Of a DNA stretch of 64,000 bases, positions 18,175 through 25,705 are shown one piece after another (within the stretch, counting starts at the first letter, position 1; every line of letters begins with the position of its first letter). The stretch is taken from the sequence record PV261925.1, one strand, 5' to 3'. The notes under the pieces were generated by a model. It saw only the letters and a program-made list of their open reading frames with translations. It did no database searches and had not been told where the DNA came from. Made by a program: the position numbers and the translations under genes.

Positions 18175-18332
18175 TCTTCAATAACAGATTGGATTACAAA
18201 TTGTGGTTGATTTCGATTACAAGTTGCAATTGCTTCCTCTTTACTAGAAGCAATGTAACCTAGACAATCTCTCATTGTCCAACCATTAGCACGATGATGT
18301 TCACCGTAGATCAGAAACTTAGATTCTTTCAT
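18171..18332 (-). CDS. Hypothetical protein
   Basis: Likely start MKESKF at 18332. Confidence 0.65.
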   Translation of the reverse strand: MKESKFLIYGEHHRANGWTMRDCLGYIASSKEEAIATCNRNQPQFVIQSVIEE

Positions 18333-18336
18333 GTTA

Positions 18337-18564
18337 TCAACCTCCGTAGACTTCTTCAGCCATAGGTGTATCACTCATGCGATCGAGGTGATCCCAAAGT
18401 GTGTTTTTTTCACCAAACATTTCTTGGAAGAGATCAAGATCTTGACGATCATATTGATCTTTAACAATCCAAATCTCTTGTTCAATCCATGCAAGTTCTG
18501 CACGAGCTTTATCTAGTTTCTTACGAAGTTCGTAAAGCTTTTGGTTTCTTTCTGTGAGTGTCAT
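18337..18564 (-). CDS. Hypothetical coiled-coil protein
   Basis: ORF track; first gene after repeat copy 6. Confidence 0.7.
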   Translation of the reverse strand: MTLTERNQKLYELRKKLDKARAELAWIEQEIWIVKDQYDRQDLDLFQEMFGEKNTLWDHLDRMSDTPMAEEVYGG

Positions 18565-18614
18565 AATGATTCAGTGGTTACACTATAGTGGACATTTCGA
18601 GGTGAGTAATTCTG

Positions 18615-19205
18615 TCAGCCCAACAATACCTGAGGAAAGTATGGAGTCAGGTCAGAATCTACAATCTTATGTTCACAACTCACAAATTTCTTTCGTGATA
18701 CATTCTTGACATAGATCAGGTGGTTAATGTCAATATCTTTGTAATCTTGTGGTCCACGTTTACGAATAAGACCAAAGGCTTCGTTCTCTTCGCGAGTGGA
18801 AACAACGACCTTTGAAAGTTTATCAATGTCTGTCAAAAAATGAGTGATAAGATCATAAGAACGATCTTCCACAAACTTATCATAGTGATATGCAAATATG
18901 AACTTTGAACCACTACGAACACCGCCGAAGTGTTCTTTAGTCAAACTGTGTCCACCTTTGACCTTCATATCAATCACACTGGACAAAGTTTTGTCAGGAT
19001 ATTCACTCCACTTAATAAAAGCTTGAGGAGTGAGGAGAGCACCAGTGTCATCAATTTTATGAGAACCTGCCCAACAAATACCACCAGAAAGATCTTCTAC
19101 AACCTTGAACATGGTCTCACGGGTGTAGATATTGACCTGCTCATCTGTCAGAGACATGATGAGTTTGAGTTGATTAGTTAGGTATCTTTTAGTGGTGGCA
19201 GTCAT
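18615..19205 (-). CDS. Hypothetical protein (196 aa), single-gene cassette between repeat copies 7 and 6
   Basis: ORF track. Confidence 0.8.
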   Translation of the reverse strand: MTATTKRYLTNQLKLIMSLTDEQVNIYTRETMFKVVEDLSGGICWAGSHKIDDTGALLTPQAFIKWSEYPDKTLSSVIDMKVKGGHSLTKEHFGGVRSGSKFIFAYHYDKFVEDRSYDLITHFLTDIDKLSKVVVSTREENEAFGLIRKRGPQDYKDIDINHLIYVKNVSRKKFVSCEHKIVDSDLTPYFPQVLLG

Positions 19206-19250
19206 CGGTTTAATGTGGTTACTTAAGTGGACATTTAGAGGTGAGTAATT

Positions 19251-19454
19251 CTATTTGAGCTCAATTCGGTCAATCAAGACCATACCAAGGTCAAAATATA
19301 GATCATCATCAATGTCACCAAGCTTTTCACGGAGAGCATCACCAACCATGTCGGTCATCATCTCCATATAACGCTCATCTTCATAGATTTGATTGATAAT
19401 ATCCTCCTTCAATGCGTCGGCGAGTTTGGATACACATTTTGCAGAAAGTGCCAT
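19251..19454 (-). CDS. Hypothetical acidic protein
   Basis: ORF track; TAG abuts repeat copy 7. Confidence 0.75.
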   Translation of the reverse strand: MALSAKCVSKLADALKEDIINQIYEDERYMEMMTDMVGDALREKLGDIDDDLYFDLGMVLIDRIELK

Positions 19455-19455
19455 G

Positions 19456-19536
19456 TCAGTTGTTAGTGAGAATGTTTATGATTGTGATGAATAATGCACC
19501 ACACATAACGTAGTAGATGAAACGAAAAATAACCAT
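19456..19536 (-). CDS. Putative small membrane peptide (26 aa)
   Basis: MVIFRFIYYVMCGALFITIINILTNN; TAATG coupling with the upstream gene. Confidence 0.45.
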   Translation of the reverse strand: MVIFRFIYYVMCGALFITIINILTNN

Positions 19537-19865
19537 TATCGTAAGTAAAGATAACCACCTGCCCAATCAGCACGTTCATAACATTGTTCGCGTGATTCAA
19601 TCCTCAGAAGATTGTAACGAACACCTTTGGCTGGTGCTTTGAATGATGCAGGTTTGTAAACATCACCAGTCTTCTTATCAACAAAGGCATGAACACTGCG
19701 GGAGTTACCATCAGTCTCCATGATCAGTTTGTGATACTTACGACCAGATTCAATGTAAAACTTGTAACCATCAGACTTGTAATTGTTACGGCGAAGGAAA
19801 TCTTCCATCAACACACCGCAAAGAATGTTAGCGTGTTTCTCAACAATTTGTGTGGGAGTGATCAT
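19536..19865 (-). CDS. Hypothetical protein
   Basis: GRKYHKLI...SVHAFVDKKTGDVYKPASFKAPAKGVRYNL motif. Confidence 0.8.
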   Translation of the reverse strand: MITPTQIVEKHANILCGVLMEDFLRRNNYKSDGYKFYIESGRKYHKLIMETDGNSRSVHAFVDKKTGDVYKPASFKAPAKGVRYNLLRIESREQCYERADWAGGYLYLR

Positions 19866-19882
19866 AGCTTTGTGTGGTTACA

Positions 19883-20026
19883 CTATTGTGGACCTTTGGA
19901 GGTGAGTAATTCTGAAGACCGACGATTGATGGCGGCTACTTCTACACTACTACAAGGAATCAGAACCTTTTGATTTACCCACACAATCTTGCGAGTGTCA
20001 ATATCTGATGCGATGTTGTAAGTCAT
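19883..20026 (-). CDS. Small ORF (47 aa) reading through repeat copy 8
   Basis: MTYNIASDIDTRKIVWVNQKVLIPCSSVEVAAINRRSSELLTSKGPQ; ATGA overlap with the upstream gene. Confidence 0.5.
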   Translation of the reverse strand: MTYNIASDIDTRKIVWVNQKVLIPCSSVEVAAINRRSSELLTSKGPQ

Positions 20027-20343
20027 TCAAGTTCCTCAATAGGGTTGGCGTAAAGATCATTCTCTGTGGTCACATCAGTGAACACATCTTCATCATCATC
20101 AGCAAATAACAGATATAAAATCTCATCATTGTCCTTGACATTCCACTCTTGATAGAGAGAAATAATGTCGCCAGATACTTGTTCTTTCTTTTTATTCTTG
20201 TTTAATGATTTACCTAGTTTCTTAATACGTTTTGCATATGCTTCTTGCTGATCATTGGCAAGATATTCAACTCTATCAAGATTGAAGACAAACTTGTTAC
20301 CTTCAATCTCAAAGGTTTCGGAATTTGCGGTATCAAAATTCAT
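20023..20343 (-). CDS. Hypothetical protein
   Basis: ORF track. Confidence 0.7.
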   Translation of the reverse strand: MNFDTANSETFEIEGNKFVFNLDRVEYLANDQQEAYAKRIKKLGKSLNKNKKKEQVSGDIISLYQEWNVKDNDEILYLLFADDDEDVFTDVTTENDLYANPIEELE

Positions 20344-20388
20344 AATAATAATGTGGTTAATTCAATTGTATCTTATAAACTACCGATG

Positions 20389-20592
20389 TCAATCGGTAGT
20401 GGTTGCCTTACCCACATTAGATGGGCCTTTCCAAACCAAACCATCTTCTTCCCATTTACTGATAAAGGCACGACGAAGCATCATCAGTTCATCATATCGT
20501 GATTGTTGAGATGAAGTATAGTTGAAGTTTTGTACCCTCCAAGTTTTACGAAGTTCTTGAAGTTCACGGATGATTTGAGAAGAATTGTTCAT
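20389..20592 (-). CDS. Hypothetical protein
   Basis: ORF track. Confidence 0.7.
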   Translation of the reverse strand: MNNSSQIIRELQELRKTWRVQNFNYTSSQQSRYDELMMLRRAFISKWEEDGLVWKGPSNVGKATTTD

Positions 20593-20633
20593 GATGTTGT
20601 TCTTAGATTAAGTAAAATAAGTTTAGGTTTATG

Positions 20634-20891
20634 TCATTCAATACGAGTGATTACAACGTAATTAGAATCATCATCAAATTTAGGGGGATGGATCGTCCTC
20701 GTCACTTTGTAGCCCGTTTTCTTCAATGCACTAGGAATATCTGGGCCCCTGTAGTCTTCACAATAATCATCACAGCGAAGAATGAATGACATTCCAATAT
20801 CTAGTTGTTGCCATGGGTGTTTCTGTTTACGACCCTTGCTTGGAGAATGAAATAGTTCTTCAATTTGATGGGGGGTGTAGATTTCGGACAT
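20634..20891 (-). CDS. Hypothetical protein (K-H/Y-P-W/F..L.IG.SF type, possibly DNA-binding)
   Basis: GRKQKHPWQQLDIGMSF motif; first gene after repeat copy 9. Confidence 0.7.
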   Translation of the reverse strand: MSEIYTPHQIEELFHSPSKGRKQKHPWQQLDIGMSFILRCDDYCEDYRGPDIPSALKKTGYKVTRTIHPPKFDDDSNYVVITRIE

Positions 20892-20935
20892 GATTAGACG
20901 TGATTACAATAGAGTGGACGTTTGGAGGTGAGTAA

Positions 20936-21487
20936 TTATGAACCGAGACAGAATTGTCTGAGTTTCCGAGTAATAGAGGGTGCAGTGATGTCTTCCGACA
21001 CAACATATGCCTCTAATTCTTCCAGAATAGTATCTTCATGAAGACCCTTGGCTTTCAGTCGCGAACGTAACTGAGCAAGACGTTCTTCATCATAAGATGG
21101 AGACAAAGACAAGAATTTAGCAAGTTCTTCTTCATTGAACATCGTTGTAGTTTTACCATCAGCAATATAACCACTTGCACAATCTTGGATTACATGATGT
21201 GCCTCATGTCGCAGTGTGTTGTAGTCATTCTCGGTCCATTTGTATTGTTTATTTGAACCTGGAATCATCTTATCTTGACAGATAACTAACATTCCAGAAT
21301 AAGGATAGTAAATACCATCCATTTTCTTTCTGTCATTACAATGATTGAGATGATTGACCAATGTAACTACACCAAGGTCTTGCAAAGTGTTCCACAATTC
21401 ATTATGGTCATCATGAATGTCAGCCTTGGCAATACCAGGAGTGAGAACTGCGGTTGCTGCGAGAAGAGAAAGAAATAGTTTTTTCAT
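20936..21487 (-). CDS. Secreted HExxH zinc-metallopeptidase-like protein
   Basis: Signal peptide MKKLFLSLLAATAVLTPGIAKA; LRHEAHHVIQDC. Confidence 0.6.
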   Translation of the reverse strand: MKKLFLSLLAATAVLTPGIAKADIHDDHNELWNTLQDLGVVTLVNHLNHCNDRKKMDGIYYPYSGMLVICQDKMIPGSNKQYKWTENDYNTLRHEAHHVIQDCASGYIADGKTTTMFNEEELAKFLSLSPSYDEERLAQLRSRLKAKGLHEDTILEELEAYVVSEDITAPSITRKLRQFCLGS

Positions 21488-21492
21488 GTTAA

Positions 21493-21744
21493 TCAGAAGT
21501 CAGGTCCAAGAATTTCCATAAGATCAGCAGGATCAGTACTGCCGAGATAAGTCTCAGTAAAGAGAATTGCTAGTTCTCTACTACCAAACTCAATCTCTAC
21601 ATTATCCCAGATCCTGTCATTATATACTTTGACAGTGATAGGTTGAACACCCGATTCTTCAATTGTTTCAGAAATATTATAATAAATGTCATCACCATCA
21701 CTACAATCAAAGTCATAAGTGACTTTTACAGTTGACATAATCAT
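21493..21744 (-). CDS. Hypothetical acidic protein
   Basis: Likely start MIMSTVKV at 21744. Confidence 0.65.
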   Translation of the reverse strand: MIMSTVKVTYDFDCSDGDDIYYNISETIEESGVQPITVKVYNDRIWDNVEIEFGSRELAILFTETYLGSTDPADLMEILGPDF

Positions 21745-21941
21745 TTTGATTCCTCCAGAGTAATAGTACGATACTGATTGACAATGGTCTCTAGTTCCAT
21801 AACACAATGTTGCATTGTGGCACGAGAGTAACCAGTAGCATAAGGATAACCCTGATCAGGGTTATTCAACGCATCATGTGATACATTCACTCCATCTTGA
21901 AGACTTTCGATGATTGTGATTAGTTTGGTGTCGATGTTCAT
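21741..21941 (-). CDS. Hypothetical protein
   Basis: Likely start MNIDTKL at 21941; GYPYATGYSR motif. Confidence 0.7.
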   Translation of the reverse strand: MNIDTKLITIIESLQDGVNVSHDALNNPDQGYPYATGYSRATMQHCVMELETIVNQYRTITLEESK

Positions 21942-21951
21942 GATAGGTAAT

Positions 21952-21990
21952 AAAAAACCGCTGTAGGGGATCAGAGACACCTTACAGCGG
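21952..21990 (-). terminator. Rho-independent terminator
   Basis: CCGCTGTA...TACAGCGG followed by T6. Confidence 0.75.
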
Positions 21991-21997
21991 AGAATAG

Positions 21998-22207
21998 TCA
22001 GACAGTGGTCTTAGGACCAAACTCACGTTGATAAGAATCTTTCACATACTCAACAGTTTGTTGAATGAAAGGCTTGACATAATCAACGAGTTGTTTTACA
22101 TCTTCAATGAGCTTGTTAGTCTCATACTGATGAATCTCCCAACGTACTTTGATGTCGGCAAGATACTGTTGACGAGTAATAAGAACTTGAGGAGTGGTTT
22201 GAGTCAT
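21998..22207 (-). CDS. Hypothetical protein
   Basis: ORF track; first gene after repeat copy 10. Confidence 0.75.
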   Translation of the reverse strand: MTQTTPQVLITRQQYLADIKVRWEIHQYETNKLIEDVKQLVDYVKPFIQQTVEYVKDSYQREFGPKTTV

Positions 22208-22257
22208 AGAAGTGTGGTCTCTACACTATAGGGGACATTTGGAGGTGAGTAATTCTG

Positions 22258-22461
22258 TCACCTCTTCTTTTTCTTGAGTTTGTTAATCAATGTCATCGCA
22301 GATTGTCTGTTACGACATACTTTAACCACCACACCATTGTGAACAACCACAAGTTTAGTTGTTGAACCAACCAGTGGAATTGCAGCCAGATAACCATCAC
22401 CCACAATGATAGGTAATGTTCCTGGTTTACAATCAAGGATGTGTGAGTTTGTGTAATGCAT
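22258..22461 (-). CDS. Hypothetical protein
   Basis: ORF track; stop abuts repeat copy 10. Confidence 0.7.
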   Translation of the reverse strand: MHYTNSHILDCKPGTLPIIVGDGYLAAIPLVGSTTKLVVVHNGVVVKVCRNRQSAMTLINKLKKKKR

Positions 22462-22915
22462 TTAGATATACTTGGTGGGCTTCTTCAATAGTATCATATA
22501 TCCCCAAATATTCAGTTTTACCTTCATGTGCAATACGAGAGTAATATCTACCACTATGTGCGGTCGATACACCTCTGACACCTAATTCATTATTGTTTCT
22601 TACTTTAGTATTGTAATTATTCTGTGTTTGGTCAACTGCTCGTAAGTTTTCTATTCTGTTATTACTTTTGTTTCTATCAATATGGTCTATTTGTTGTTCC
22701 TGCTCTAAGTCACCATAATGATACTGATACACCAATCTGTGCTTTAAATATATCTTCTTATCCACAGATATTTGATAATATCCAGTGTGATGTTTAGTCC
22801 CTGCAATAGAACCTGCAGGTTGTCTTCCCCTACATTTTTTGTAGATAAGTTCACCATCTTGGTAGGCGAAAAGTTCCTGTAACCTACCCTGTGAAGGGAG
22901 TTGATAATTTCTCAT
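22433..22915 (-). CDS. HNH homing endonuclease with C-terminal AP2 DNA-binding domain
   Basis: YLKHRLVY...IDHIDRNKSNNRIENLR (HNH_3) and GVRGVS..GRYYSRI..YLGIYDTIEEA (AP2). Confidence 0.9.
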   Translation of the reverse strand: MRNYQLPSQGRLQELFAYQDGELIYKKCRGRQPAGSIAGTKHHTGYYQISVDKKIYLKHRLVYQYHYGDLEQEQQIDHIDRNKSNNRIENLRAVDQTQNNYNTKVRNNNELGVRGVSTAHSGRYYSRIAHEGKTEYLGIYDTIEEAHQVYLNALHKLTHP

Positions 22916-23010
22916 GTGTGTCTTGGCGATGACATTACTATTTAGAATTTTATCATAATGTGGGACTTACGTCAATTTACCCGCCAAGACACACTGACTG
23001 CCCACATTAT
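22916..23010 (-). promoter_or_regulatory. Structured leader (GUAAG scaffold hairpin E1 + late promoter + loop-complementary RBS region) of the HNH gene
   Basis: ATAATGTGGG/CCCACATTAT stem; GTCA/TGAC inner stem; loop GTGTGTCTTGGCG (22982-22994) is the exact complement of the 13 nt before the ATG (22916-22928); TAAATA at 22939-22944. Confidence 0.75.
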
Positions 23011-24188
23011 TATTTACGAGTTACACTGTCAAGCATTTCTCCCTTCTCAAACACAATATCAACACAACGCTGGAGAGACTTTTGAGTGGAAAGTCCTACC
23101 TGATTGTAGACAGGGACGCAGAGCATACCGTAGGTTTTAGTAGAAGAACCAACCCTAATGACACGTCCGACAGTTTGAAGAAGCTCAATACTGTCCATGT
23201 TACGAAGGAAGATAACCGCCTCAAGTTCAGACACGTTGATGCCTTCAGACAGAATAGAACGGTGAAGGACAACAAATTTCTTTGACTTGTCACGACCCCA
23301 TGCATTCAGAGTATTGAAAAACTCTTCACGAGATACTTTCTGACCATCGATAACAGCACCAGTCTTGGCGGTGATATACAGATAAGAGTAACCACGTTCT
23401 GTCAACTGATCAGCGAAATCAGTCATGAACAGGTTCTGTAACTGTCGTGTGGTCTTAACACAAACCAGAATCTTCTTGATGTCAATCTGGTCAATAGATG
23501 CGAGGACATTGTTACCCTCAAGATGAGGAGTGAGAGACTTTTTGTCAATCTTATCCATCTCAATCACCTTGACCTTAGGTGGAAGAATGTAACCATTCTG
23601 AACCAGATCAGGTGCAGACACACGTGCAATCACTTGACCATAAGTCTCAGTCCAGTTCATGCCTGGTTTCTTCACAGTCACACTGGTTTTACGAGTTGCA
23701 GTGAAGTAGTAACAACGATCTGCATGCTTACTGAAATACTCAGTGGGACCGTAGAAGTTACGTTGAACAGAGTTATGTGCCTCGTCAAAGTAAATCGTAT
23801 CTACAGCAATACCAGACTCTTGAACACGATGAAGAGAGTGATATGTGGTGAAGATAATAACGTGTTCACGCATAGTGTGACACATATCAACAAATAGTTT
23901 GATACGTTCAGACTTAGTGGTACTGAAATGTTGTGTCTCTCCACTATGAACATGGAGAACATTTGCATTGGTGATATGTTCCAGATACTCTGATGACAGT
24001 TGTTCTGCCAACAGAATACGAGGAGCGACAACAACAATAGTGCGAGGAACTTTTATCTCAAATCGTCTCACTGCGTCCATGATAGCGATAAGAGTCTTGC
24101 CGCCACCAGTAGGAACAATGATTTGACCGATAGAATTATTACGAAGAGCGTAAACAGCGTCCTGTTGATGAGGGCGGAGTTTGATCAT
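23010..24188 (-). CDS. Superfamily 2 (DEAH-type) helicase
   Basis: LRPHQ, PTGGGKT (motif I), DEAH (II), TAT (III), LSEGINV (V), QTVGRVIR (VI). Confidence 0.92.
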   Translation of the reverse strand: MIKLRPHQQDAVYALRNNSIGQIIVPTGGGKTLIAIMDAVRRFEIKVPRTIVVVAPRILLAEQLSSEYLEHITNANVLHVHSGETQHFSTTKSERIKLFVDMCHTMREHVIIFTTYHSLHRVQESGIAVDTIYFDEAHNSVQRNFYGPTEYFSKHADRCYYFTATRKTSVTVKKPGMNWTETYGQVIARVSAPDLVQNGYILPPKVKVIEMDKIDKKSLTPHLEGNNVLASIDQIDIKKILVCVKTTRQLQNLFMTDFADQLTERGYSYLYITAKTGAVIDGQKVSREEFFNTLNAWGRDKSKKFVVLHRSILSEGINVSELEAVIFLRNMDSIELLQTVGRVIRVGSSTKTYGMLCVPVYNQVGLSTQKSLQRCVDIVFEKGEMLDSVTRK

Positions 24189-24231
24189 TTATGTGGTGTA
24201 TGTAATAGTGTGGACGTTTGGAGGTGAGTAA

Positions 24232-25113
24232 TTATGAACCGTATCCATTATGGAAGTTAGCATATGCAAACTCGGTACGATCTACCAGTTTAACACATCC
24301 ATAGGTGTTAGAGTGGAAAACATATCCTTCACCACTACATTTCTTACCATTAGGAAGATAAGATTGTGGTGCGTCGGTGACAATCAGACTGTCCATAATA
24401 TCCAGTTTGATTTCCATCACAAACTGATACAGATTAGTGAGATGTTGACAACCAAGAATGTCAGTCAGGGTTGCGTCATCAATATACTGACCAGATTTGA
24501 TGAGTGCGTTGATAGCAGTCTTAGCCTTAGCAGCTTCCTTATCAGTCAGAAACTTGATACCCTTAGGGTTAATCTTAGGGACAGATCCTTGGGGAGGAAT
24601 ACGATCAACAGAAGGTTGCACCCACTTGACCATAGTGGTGTCTTCAAATGTTTCCATCAAAGGTGAACACACATTCTTCCACATTTCCTCGTGAACGTCA
24701 ACAGCTGTGTGAGGAGCGATGACAAGTTTCTGGTCAATTGCTTCGTCAAAGACATACGTCAGAGTGTTCTGAGTAAACACATCAGTACGACCGAAACCAA
24801 GCCAATCACCCCAGTAAATCTTCTCGGTACGAGGAAGATACTTGAAACAATGAGACAGAATATCTACAACTTCGATTTGATGACCAAAATGAGTGAAGAT
24901 GTCGTCAATAGAGTAACAAAGACGAACTTTCTTCTTGTTAAATGCAGCTTTTGTACACACAAAAAACTTACCATTGGCAGGGTTAGTACCCCAAACCAAC
25001 GACATTCCATCCATCTTCATAGAGATGTGTGCGTGATCATAAAGAAGATCAAACACTGACATATCTCCAGTCAAAATGCAGTCTTCGGGATGTTCCAGGT
25101 GAGTTTGTGTCAT
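24232..25113 (-). CDS. Hypothetical protein with ligase-like covalent nucleotidyltransferase motifs
   Basis: SMKMDG (KxDG), EGYVF and VKLVDR in the expected order; THLEHPED N-terminus. Confidence 0.6.
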   Translation of the reverse strand: MTQTHLEHPEDCILTGDMSVFDLLYDHAHISMKMDGMSLVWGTNPANGKFFVCTKAAFNKKKVRLCYSIDDIFTHFGHQIEVVDILSHCFKYLPRTEKIYWGDWLGFGRTDVFTQNTLTYVFDEAIDQKLVIAPHTAVDVHEEMWKNVCSPLMETFEDTTMVKWVQPSVDRIPPQGSVPKINPKGIKFLTDKEAAKAKTAINALIKSGQYIDDATLTDILGCQHLTNLYQFVMEIKLDIMDSLIVTDAPQSYLPNGKKCSGEGYVFHSNTYGCVKLVDRTEFAYANFHNGYGS

Positions 25114-25164
25114 AATATGGTGTGGTCTCGTACTATAGATGACCTTTCAAGGTGAGTAATTCTG

Positions 25165-25617
25165 TCAGATCACATGTATGCTCTCTATATGTGACACTGG
25201 TGAAGATTTACAGTAGAACTGTATATTTTTGTTGTATTTGGTTCTTCTTACAATTCTCTTCAATGCGTTGTAGTCGGTGTCATTATCTCTGGCCCATTTA
25301 GATAATTGATGACATTCAACCACATCACCGTTTCTAAACCTAATTCTATATGTCTTTGCATTAGGGTTGTTATTCAACCCTTGTTCTACAAACTGTTTCT
25401 TATCTGTAAAAACATTGATACGTCCTAACACCCAACCGTCAGGTATTTCGTCTTCAAATACCATCTTATGTTCAAGTCCGTTATTTACCCATACAGACCC
25501 ACGAACATACGACACACGGGCGTCATACACAGGTGTTAGTTCTTCTTCAGTCAGTGTAATTACTGACGGTCCATCACATTCAAACGCGCGATTAAGACCT
25601 TCACAGTTCCAGTCCAT
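25165..25617 (-). CDS. Homing-endonuclease-derived DNA-binding protein, no evident catalytic domain
   Basis: WVNNG..HK..IPDGWVLGR and NPNAKTYRI..LSKWARDN resemble endonuclease C-terminal DNA-binding modules; no GIY-YIG or HNH motif seen. Confidence 0.6.
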   Translation of the reverse strand: MDWNCEGLNRAFECDGPSVITLTEEELTPVYDARVSYVRGSVWVNNGLEHKMVFEDEIPDGWVLGRINVFTDKKQFVEQGLNNNPNAKTYRIRFRNGDVVECHQLSKWARDNDTDYNALKRIVRRTKYNKNIQFYCKSSPVSHIESIHVI

Positions 25618-25625
25618 TCTTCTAT

Positions 25626-25705
25626 TGACAGGGGTAATTATATTTATACCATAAAATGGGTCTTACGTCAACCTAACACCCCTGCCATGTTGACCGCCCA
25701 ATATT
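25626..25705 (-). promoter_or_regulatory. Structured leader (GUAAG scaffold hairpin E2 + late promoter TATAAATA)
   Basis: TGGG-CG-GTCAAC-16nt-GTTGAC-GTAAGA-CCCA; loop TGGCAGGGGT pairs with ACCCCTGTCA (25626-25635); TATAAATA at 25641-25648. Confidence 0.75.

Larger units (their letters stand above)
13431..25161 (-). repeat. Dispersed ~30-bp intergenic repeat, 12 copies, consensus AATTACTCACCTCSAAANGTCCACTATAGT (putative early promoter / cassette boundary)
   Basis: Copies at 13431-13460, 14233-14262, 15239-15268, 16144-16173, 16990-17019, 18582-18611, 19221-19250, 19882-19911, 20908-20937, 22225-22254, 24204-24233 and 25132-25161; degenerate copy at 13711-13730. All in the same orientation, most ending in a TATAGT -10-like box. 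Confidence 0.95.

Noticed and set aside
21952-21990. Fifth GUAAG-scaffold copy
   Set aside because: GTAAG lies inside a simple stem followed by a U-tract; this is an ordinary terminator without the 2x6 internal loop
13431-25161. CRISPR array interpretation of the 30-bp repeats
   Set aside because: Spacing is 0.6-2 kb and filled with intact genes; the repeats are not palindromic; no cas genes
17516-25705. TIGR-Tas, IscB/omega-RNA or bridge-RNA assignment for the hairpin family
   Set aside because: No Nop-domain, IscB/TnpB or IS110 recombinase recognisable in the window; the arms are self-complementary rather than dual spacers
22433-25705. Group I intron or intein hosting the endonucleases
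   Set aside because: Both genes are free-standing between complete ORFs; no interrupted host gene or intron core elements seen
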